In this document: positions 57,539 to 64,000 of the stretch, one piece after another
Layout of the letters: each line of letters opens with the position of its first letter
How positions within the stretch are numbered: the stretch's first letter is position 1
Source of the DNA: a virus
Length of the DNA stretch: 64,000 nucleotides
Virus record (IMG/VR): IMGVR_UViG_3300035670_000078
Location: 1 to 64,000 of that record
Reading direction: 5' to 3' (one strand)
The notes under the pieces: generated by a model
What the model was told of the DNA's origin: nothing
What the model saw: the letters and a program-made list of their open reading frames with translations, nothing else
The model's database searches: none
Position numbers and translations under genes: made by a program

Positions 57539-58429
57539 TCACCACGCAATGATGCAGGCATAAGCTGGTCCGCCTTGTCCGCCTGAGGAAGTACTGCCAT
57601 TTCCAGAACCTCCGCCCCCACCACCAGCCCCATAACCCACCGCAGAGCCGCCCGCGCCACCGATGGTAGGGCCACCCGTTCCACTACTACTGCCACCGAT
57701 ACCGCCTACGGATAGGAATAGCGGCGGGATGAACATTCCGTTGGACCCCGGATTCGCTTTAGGAAGAGCACCGCTAATAGAAGGTACTATTAACGGAATC
57801 TCAGAAGTGAAACCTCCGCTTGAACTGCCAGAGCTGCCGCCTGCACCACCGCCGCCGCAACCGCCCAGGATGGGCAATCCTGTCGCTATGGTAATAGCGC
57901 TAGATGCACCTTGAGGCCCAGAGGTGCCTGCGCGGCCTGCTTGCAGGTTAAAAAACAGCGCAGAGGATATCAATCTAGCGTTGGTACTGCTTATGGCGGC
58001 CCCACCGCTACCACCAGAACCAGCCACCGAGCTGGTGCCGTTACCCCCAGCGTTACCACCGTTTGCATCGAGGTACAAAGAAGGTGGTGCCGAGCTACCT
58101 GACCCATAGTTGCCTATTTTAGCCTTAGCTCCAGCAGTTGCGGAACCGCCTATGGGAGCCCCTGAACCAGACAAGCCAGAGAATATCACATAAAGCGTGT
58201 TCGGTATGAAGCTGGCTAAGAAAAGGCCCTGTGAAAGCCCTCCGCTACCACCGCCACCGCCACCGCCACCACCTGCGTTTGAGGAGCCCGAGCCACCACC
58301 TCCACCACCTCCAAGACACATCATAAAAACAAGCGTTGTGTTAGGAGGCTTTTGCCATACGCGGATTCCGCTTGGCCCTATGAACTCAGTCACCGTTGCA
58401 TTTTGCGGTAGGTGTGAAAAGTCGAACAT
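57539..58429 (-). CDS. glycine-rich fibre-like protein (paralog 2)
   Basis: MFDFSH..WQKP..GGGG..CIIAW. Confidence 0.8.
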   Translation of the reverse strand: MFDFSHLPQNATVTEFIGPSGIRVWQKPPNTTLVFMMCLGGGGGGGSGSSNAGGGGGGGGGSGGLSQGLFLASFIPNTLYVIFSGLSGSGAPIGGSATAGAKAKIGNYGSGSSAPPSLYLDANGGNAGGNGTSSVAGSGGSGGAAISSTNARLISSALFFNLQAGRAGTSGPQGASSAITIATGLPILGGCGGGGAGGSSGSSSGGFTSEIPLIVPSISGALPKANPGSNGMFIPPLFLSVGGIGGSSSGTGGPTIGGAGGSAVGYGAGGGGGGSGNGSTSSGGQGGPAYACIIAW

Positions 58430-58432
58430 AGC

Positions 58433-59383
58433 TCACCAGCTCGCAATGATGACTAGGCCAGGCCCGCCATCGCCACCGTTGCCGGCGCGGAGCGTAGTCG
58501 AGGTGTGAGCACCTCCGCCACCGCCACCCGCACCCCAGACAGCTCCATGCCCACCGCTCTGCGCATCGTTTAGTGAGCTCTTGCTTGCACCACCGCCAAC
58601 ACCACCGTAAAAGTACCCAGCGTAAACGAACCCTGATGAGGCGTAGTCAGTTGAGTCAATGTCTCCACCACTGACAGCGCTCAGCAGTGTATTAGCGACA
58701 GCGTTGTAACCGCCACCGCTATACGAAACGTCGGAAGTGCCCTTGATCGCGCCGCCGCCAGCAGGTCCAGATAATATCAAGCTAGTGAAAGGCGTAATGG
58801 AGGACCCTATAGAAATACCGCCAGTTGCACCAGCAACACCACTTGTAAACGCACGGTTTAGTGCCATTTGCCCAAGAGGTGCTGACGTAGCGATGGCGCT
58901 CGATCCTGCGGTGCCGCCAGTCGCGATACCACGGCCAGAGACACCACCACCAGGTGCGGCCGTACCAGATACGCCTATCAAGTTTCCGACGGTCGTCGAC
59001 GGGTACACGGCGACGTAAGACAGAGCCCCCGCTGCACCATTTGTTGCCGAAGTAGATCCGGTAGCAGAGCCCGTACCACCGCGTCCACCAACACCACCAG
59101 AGCGACTGAGGACATATAGCTTGTCTGGTAGCACCCACGCTGGAAACAGGTAACGCGAAATTCCACTACTCCCGCCACCGCCACCGCCATACAAGCCGCT
59201 AGCCCAGAAGCCAGTATCACCACCCCCTCCACCACCGCCAGAAGAGATGAGCAACATCGCTACCATGGTGACGCCGCGTGGCTTATTCCACACGCGCCAA
59301 CAGGTAAGGGTGGTGCTTGAATCCTCACCAGGAAACCACACCACGCGCTCGCTCGGCTCTGGCAGGTGGAGGAGGTCAATCAT
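58433..59383 (-). CDS. glycine-rich fibre-like protein (paralog 1)
   Basis: MIDLLH..WNKPRG..GGGG..IIASW. Confidence 0.8.
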   Translation of the reverse strand: MIDLLHLPEPSERVVWFPGEDSSTTLTCWRVWNKPRGVTMVAMLLISSGGGGGGGDTGFWASGLYGGGGGGSSGISRYLFPAWVLPDKLYVLSRSGGVGGRGGTGSATGSTSATNGAAGALSYVAVYPSTTVGNLIGVSGTAAPGGGVSGRGIATGGTAGSSAIATSAPLGQMALNRAFTSGVAGATGGISIGSSITPFTSLILSGPAGGGAIKGTSDVSYSGGGYNAVANTLLSAVSGGDIDSTDYASSGFVYAGYFYGGVGGGASKSSLNDAQSGGHGAVWGAGGGGGGAHTSTTLRAGNGGDGGPGLVIIASW

Positions 59384-59817
59384 CAGTACTTCCCACCGAA
59401 GATGGTGACGGTCAGCTCGCAGCTACCACCCGGCGCAGTGCCAACTGTGACGTAAATGGCATAACCTGGTGGAAGTGCCATATTTAAGCCGTAATCAAAA
59501 TCCGGCAGCGGAGCGGTGGCCGATGTCGTCGTGGACGGCAGGCCAAGCTCGCCGATGAGGGCAGAGTTCGATGCCGTTCCGACCGCGCTACCGTTGTTGA
59601 GCCAGAAACGCACGACCGTCGCGGCGCTGTTGTTGGCTGGATTGACCTTCACGCGCGCATTGCGCACGAAACCACCATTAGTCGCATCAGCAGTGAACGC
59701 GAGGTAGCTCGTGCCGCTGGTGAGGTCGATGGTGTTGTTCGCGGTATCAATGCTCTCAGCCCACTGAATATCAGCGACGCGCGAGAAGATGGGCTCACTG
59801 TTTGGCGCTGCCATCAC
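59383..59817 (-). CDS. virion structural protein
   Basis: beta-rich; N..PIF..GG.Y ends; tail context. Confidence 0.65.
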   Translation of the reverse strand: MMAAPNSEPIFSRVADIQWAESIDTANNTIDLTSGTSYLAFTADATNGGFVRNARVKVNPANNSAATVVRFWLNNGSAVGTASNSALIGELGLPSTTTSATAPLPDFDYGLNMALPPGYAIYVTVGTAPGGSCELTVTIFGGKY

Positions 59818-60101
59818 TCACCCCCTTCAGGTACAGGCGTCGGCTCAGGCGGCGTCGGCTGATACGGTGCTAGGTACATTGAAACCACGAGCGTCGCCTT
59901 CTTGGGGCGCTCGATGACGCACGCGCAGCGCATCCCATTGATCTCAACCCACGCGCGCAGGTCTTCGGCTTGAGAGAATGGCACGACGATTTCGCAGACG
60001 GTTTGACCAGCGGCGAGCGCCGCGCTGATAGCCGCCTCCACGCTGGCCTTGCTCTCATCGAGAGTCGGCTCAACAGGCGGTGTGGGTACGGGGAAAGGCA
60101 T
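59814..60101 (-). CDS. hypothetical protein
   Basis: GAGG RBS; in operon. Confidence 0.6.
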   Translation of the reverse strand: MPFPVPTPPVEPTLDESKASVEAAISAALAAGQTVCEIVVPFSQAEDLRAWVEINGMRCACVIERPKKATLVVSMYLAPYQPTPPEPTPVPEGGE

Positions 60102-60109
60102 ATATCCTC

Positions 60110-60484
60110 TCAGGGTAGGAAGTTGCGTTGCGAAAGCAGGATGGCGCGGCCTGCGCCAATCATCCGCTCGGCCTGATAACCAAGCAACGACGCGAAGACT
60201 TTCTTCGTGCCAGCCGAGAACGTGACGGCGTTATTGCTGTTGCTCGACTGAATGACGGTCTCGCGAACGAGGGTCGTCGACGCGGACAGGTAGCCGATGC
60301 CCGTCTCCCATTCCGACTCATCATCGTTCTGGATGACGTATGAAAAACGCTTGGACTCGATGCCGCCATTGCCGAAGGCCGTGTTGAACGTCACGCGGCC
60401 CGTCGGAGCGGTGCCTGAGAGCGTCATGTCGGACGAGCCGGTCGTCGTGGTCGTGTCCTCGACGCGGTCATAAAAGCTGGGCAT
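60110..60484 (-). CDS. tail fibre N-terminal-like protein
   Basis: DRV.DTTTTTG..WETG.G..TL.R..SSN..FSAGTK.VF. Confidence 0.7.
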   Translation of the reverse strand: MPSFYDRVEDTTTTTGSSDMTLSGTAPTGRVTFNTAFGNGGIESKRFSYVIQNDDESEWETGIGYLSASTTLVRETVIQSSNSNNAVTFSAGTKKVFASLLGYQAERMIGAGRAILLSQRNFLP

Positions 60485-60495
60485 CGCTTACCTCA

Positions 60496-60933
60496 TCAGT
60501 CGAGCGTGATGGTCGACGTCGTCTTGACGCGCGGGATGACGCCCGTGGTCACCGAGATTGACGGCGAGAGCGCGCCGTAAAGCACCAGCTTGCCAGTGCC
60601 AGAGGAGGCCGTGCCGAGACCGACGTGCGTGATGGTTGCAGTGCCGCCGGTGGCTTCGGGGAAGTCCACATTGGCCGTCGGCGAGGCCGAGTTGCCAGTG
60701 ACGGTCCATCCGCCTGCAGTACGCGCCACAGCAACGCGAGCGTAGCTCGTGTAGCTCGTCTCGTTCGTGCTCTGCGTGCCGGTCTCGCCAGGCGACGAGG
60801 TGTGAAGCGAGAGATAGAACGAGCCTGCTGTCGTGCTACCGCGCAGCCCCGTCGCGTCGCCGATGTCGGCGATGTCGGAGTTGTTGAGCAGGTGAAGCAG
60901 CATTTCATTTTCGAGGGTATTGCTGAACGACAT
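60496..60933 (-). CDS. phage tail protein
   Basis: SN.LEN..L..YLSLHT..PGE..YARVAV..FP.A..ITH.G..L.YGAL. Confidence 0.75.
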   Translation of the reverse strand: MSFSNTLENEMLLHLLNNSDIADIGDATGLRGSTTAGSFYLSLHTSSPGETGTQSTNETSYTSYARVAVARTAGGWTVTGNSASPTANVDFPEATGGTATITHVGLGTASSGTGKLVLYGALSPSISVTTGVIPRVKTTSTITLD

Positions 60934-61037
60934 CGGAGTTTCTCCTTGGAGACCGTAAAGCCTCTTGGAAGAGGCATCGCCTGCGACAGACGATGCCGCG
61001 CGGGGGCGCTGTGGCGCACGGCGCGGCGTTGACTACT

Positions 61038-61478
61038 CTAGTTGGCAGCCATGACTGCGAAAGCCGCCGCCGTACCACCGACTACGACCCCGACTGTTAG
61101 CATGAACCAAGGCCGCTCGTAAAACGGAACGGGCTTGATAACCTCAACGGTCAGCGGAGGACGGCGCTCACAGGCCAAGCGAGCGTCATCGAGCAGCTTG
61201 ACTTCTTGGGTGTGCTTTTCCTCAAGCAACGTCAGCTTACGGCCGCAGGTGAAAATCTCGAGATGCTCATCGTCGCACTCGGCATCGATGAGCAGATCAA
61301 TCAGGTCATCCGGGTCAACGAGGTCACCGTCGAACGGAGCGCGCTCACCCTTCTTGAGGTGGACAGCATTGTAGGCTGGCTCAGGCTCGGCGGCTCTGGC
61401 GTAAAAGCAAGCTTTCGTACTTAGCAGCCCAAAAGCAAAAGCCAATACCACGACGGCTGCAATCTTAGCAGGTTTCAT
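61038..61478 (-). CDS. membrane protein, spanin-like candidate
   Basis: N- and C-terminal TM segments, lysis context. Confidence 0.5.
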   Translation of the reverse strand: MKPAKIAAVVVLAFAFGLLSTKACFYARAAEPEPAYNAVHLKKGERAPFDGDLVDPDDLIDLLIDAECDDEHLEIFTCGRKLTLLEEKHTQEVKLLDDARLACERRPPLTVEVIKPVPFYERPWFMLTVGVVVGGTAAAFAVMAAN

Positions 61479-61693
61479 CGCTTGAGCCCTTTTAATGCAG
61501 CGCGAACGGCCGCGTCTTTGGCCATAAGCAAGTACTCAAGACAAATAGCTCGCTGCCTGCAGTCAGGCAGCGAGCTATAGGCTTGATAGGCAAGGTTGGA
61601 GAAGTGCATACTTATAGAGCGCATAGGCTCTGTCAGATGACCGTAAGAGAAGTAAGCAAGCTCTTCAGGCGGCGCTACGGGGTCAGGAGTCAT
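61475..61693 (-). CDS. small helical protein, Acb2/Tad1-hairpin-like candidate
   Basis: YF.Y.HL..S..F..LA..LP..R...L..LL.AKDAAVRA. Confidence 0.55.
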   Translation of the reverse strand: MTPDPVAPPEELAYFSYGHLTEPMRSISMHFSNLAYQAYSSLPDCRQRAICLEYLLMAKDAAVRAALKGLKR

Positions 61694-62076
61694 TTACGCC
61701 TCTTTTGCTTCCAGGCGTTGAACTTATCAACGGCGGTGCCTGACCGTACCACCGCATCTTTAGCCTCGGAAGTCTTAGAATCATTAGCTTTATTTAACAA
61801 ATCTCGGTCTTGGTCAATTTTCTTAAGCTCGGCTTTGACCTCGGCAGAGATCGCTGCGCGCTTTGCGCTAAGCTCTCGTTCTCGTTCAGCTGCTGCGGCA
61901 GCTTCTCGAGCCCTAGCTTCAGCTTCAGACTTTTGCCTAAGCGCATCCTCCAACTTTTCGGAGGTAGCATCCAAGAGATTCATCGCTCTTTTCCACTGCC
62001 AGATTGCGCAGAGCAAAATTGCGAGTAAAGAGACGAGAGTCCAAACGATCCATCTTGGTAGATTGAAGAACTTCAT
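61690..62076 (-). CDS. i-spanin-like protein
   Basis: N-terminal TM + coiled coil. Confidence 0.55.
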   Translation of the reverse strand: MKFFNLPRWIVWTLVSLLAILLCAIWQWKRAMNLLDATSEKLEDALRQKSEAEARAREAAAAAERERELSAKRAAISAEVKAELKKIDQDRDLLNKANDSKTSEAKDAVVRSGTAVDKFNAWKQKRRK

Positions 62077-62366
62077 GTGTACGTCTCCTCTCTCACATCG
62101 CCGTCGAAATACTCAAACTTGTAACTTTGAAGCTTGCCGCACTTCTTACAGGCCGTGTCCGTTCGCCAACCCATAAGCATTTGAGTTTCAGGTTTGGTTA
62201 CGAACACATGCTCGCAAGACTCTTCACTGACGATCTTTCGCTGCCTTTCGATAAAGCCAGCCATCATGTGATAGCCCGGCCAGTGCGTACCGAAACGCTT
62301 CACGGCATCCATCTGTGTGCTGATCAGCCAGTCGAGAAGCTCGACTTTATCGGCCTGATCGTTCAT
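62073..62366 (-). CDS. hypothetical protein
   Basis: ATGA coupling at MNDQ; CEH..CKKCG. Confidence 0.55.
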   Translation of the reverse strand: MNDQADKVELLDWLISTQMDAVKRFGTHWPGYHMMAGFIERQRKIVSEESCEHVFVTKPETQMLMGWRTDTACKKCGKLQSYKFEYFDGDVREETYT

Positions 62367-63064
62367 TCCGGCCACCGCATAATATCGGCGAAGCCGGGGC
62401 GGTAGAGATGCTTGCAGACGGCGATGGGCCGAGTCTGGCGGATGACGCCCTGGAACCGCTGACCTTTCGGACCACGTCCGGTGGCGTTCCCCTCGACGGT
62501 GTCGAAGGTCTTGGCGACGGGGTCCCACGAGTCGACGACGGTGATGTGCTGGCCGAACCGATCGGTGCCGTTGACGATGAGGATGTCGCCCATCTGCGGC
62601 TCGAACTTCTCGACGAGCGCGATCTTGGCCGCGTCGTTTCCGAGAAGCTCAGCGAACTTTCGCTCGACCGTGCCCTCGGGGGCCTTCTTCATGTAGCTGA
62701 CGAACTTGTTGGGCGGGCTCTGGTAACGAGCGTACCGGAAAAGCCGGTAGGTCGATGCGAGGTAGTGCTTGCGGATATCGGGGTCGAGCGCCTGCCAAGC
62801 GTGCGAGGCGAATGCGCCGCACCACTCGAAGTCACCATCCCAGCGATAATCCTTGGTGGTCATGCTGACAGAGGGCCAGCCAAGACCCTGAGAGGGGGAC
62901 TTGATGCAGAGGTTGATGAAGGCGCGGTCATCGTCAAAGGACGGGTCTCCCCACGCCTTGCGCGTGGGGTCCATGATGCCCTTGTTCCACGCCACGACCG
63001 CGAGCCGTAGGGCTTCCTGCCCTGCCTTCTTGATGGCTTCCTTCTGCTGCTCAATCGTCATCAT
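62363..63064 (-). CDS. endolysin, CHAP/NlpC-P60-type
   Basis: WCGAFAS..GDILI..HIT.V..TVEGN. Confidence 0.82.
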   Translation of the reverse strand: MMTIEQQKEAIKKAGQEALRLAVVAWNKGIMDPTRKAWGDPSFDDDRAFINLCIKSPSQGLGWPSVSMTTKDYRWDGDFEWCGAFASHAWQALDPDIRKHYLASTYRLFRYARYQSPPNKFVSYMKKAPEGTVERKFAELLGNDAAKIALVEKFEPQMGDILIVNGTDRFGQHITVVDSWDPVAKTFDTVEGNATGRGPKGQRFQGVIRQTRPIAVCKHLYRPGFADIMRWPE

Positions 63065-63224
63065 AGATCACCACCTCTTAGACAGGGTCTCTTCGCCCTG
63101 GTTGTCAGACTTGAACGTATCCACCTCTGCGGATGCGCGGCCTTTCCTCACGCTGTTTAGCAGCGCCTTACATTTCGCGCAGCGGTTGTCGTCGCGCGGC
63201 TCGTGAATGTGCGGGGTCGTCTCG

Positions 63225-63908
63225 TCAGTCAGCTGAGCCATTGAAGTACCTCTCTGGGACGCGGTCGCGCTGCAGGAATCTTTGGTGCCAAACCTGAACG
63301 GTCTTCACAGACACGTCAAAGGCGGTGGCGATCTTCTTGACGCTCTCCCCCTTCAGGAGGAGCAGGTGCATCTGATATCGGTCATCCCACTCGGTCTTGG
63401 AAAAGGACGAGTGGTTGGAGATCGACAGGTCCCGCATGTTCTCTTCGTGAGTACCTGCGTAGAGGTGCTCCGGGTTGATGCACAGGCGGTTGTCGCACTT
63501 GTGACAGATCATTAATCCGTCTGGGATCTCACCATGGAAAAGGCGATAGCTGGTCCGGTGAGCGGTCACCATCTTGTCGCCGTCACGGATGGTGCCGTAG
63601 CCGCCGATGTTCAGGCGCCCTTTCCATTCCCAGCAGCCCGAAGGCTTTTCCTCATAGAGACGGCAAAGGCGGTGAAACATCGGAACGGCTCGACCGGCGT
63701 CAGCGCAGGTGGTCGAGCAGTATTTCCGGTCGCTGGCCGTCTTCTCGGTGAGGATGAAGACCTTGCCGCACTCATCGCAGGCGAACTTGACCTTAGGCTT
63801 CTTCCGCTTGTCTTTCTTCGGGCGCGGCGCGTCGTCCCATCGCTTGAAGACCTTCTTTACCTCAACGACCTTTTCAACGATCGGCATGGTCGCCCTCCCC
63901 GTGGACAT
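63225..63908 (-). CDS. HNH endonuclease
   Basis: CWEW.G..GYG..AHR.SY..CHKCDNRLCINP.HL..GT..EN..D. Confidence 0.92.
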   Translation of the reverse strand: MSTGRATMPIVEKVVEVKKVFKRWDDAPRPKKDKRKKPKVKFACDECGKVFILTEKTASDRKYCSTTCADAGRAVPMFHRLCRLYEEKPSGCWEWKGRLNIGGYGTIRDGDKMVTAHRTSYRLFHGEIPDGLMICHKCDNRLCINPEHLYAGTHEENMRDLSISNHSSFSKTEWDDRYQMHLLLLKGESVKKIATAFDVSVKTVQVWHQRFLQRDRVPERYFNGSAD

Positions 63909-64000
63909 GCCAGTGCGTGCCCGTCCATATACAAAGCTTTCTCGTTCTAGGGTTGAACCAAAGCTTTCCCTTTGGAACAGGAAGCTCTATCCACGCACGG

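Noticed and set aside
56648-59383. Diversity-generating retroelement or shufflon
   Set aside because: No reverse transcriptase, TR/VR pair, invertase or crossover repeats seen
1-64000. tRNA/rRNA genes, integrase, capsid or portal
   Set aside because: None recognised by eye; tRNAscan-SE and HMM searches would be needed to exclude them

Overview
This window is part of a large, GC-rich tailed dsDNA bacteriophage genome; the host cannot be determined from the sequence. Positions 1-4.9 kb are a mostly non-coding control region containing perfect palindromes, five fixed-spacing ~89-bp modules, a ~500-bp branched inverted repeat, and a ~750-nt highly structured candidate ncRNA that ends in a complete type II hammerhead ribozyme. 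Positions 4.9-21.4 kb are a + strand early operon of small genes (SLOG, SSB, GHKL-HExxH, DUF932-like, DUF6915/DUF6878-like), punctuated by three copies of a covarying two-hairpin RNA motif. Positions 21.4-28 kb hold a terminase large subunit with two inteins back-to-back in its Walker A motif, plus likely virion genes. Positions 29-39 kb are middle genes (HTH proteins, DUF3310-MazG fusion, Pif1-like helicase). Positions 39-55 kb are replication/recombination genes (SbcC, DnaB, primase, UDG-like/PolA with a mini-intein, gp32-like SSB, SbcD, RuvC-like, UvsW-like). Positions 55-64 kb are - strand tail/fibre genes, a lysis cassette and an HNH endonuclease. The best candidate for a new system is the large ncRNA + hammerhead + repeated RNA motif of the early transcript; the tandem terminase inteins are also unusual. 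All family assignments come from motif recognition by eye and no searches were run.
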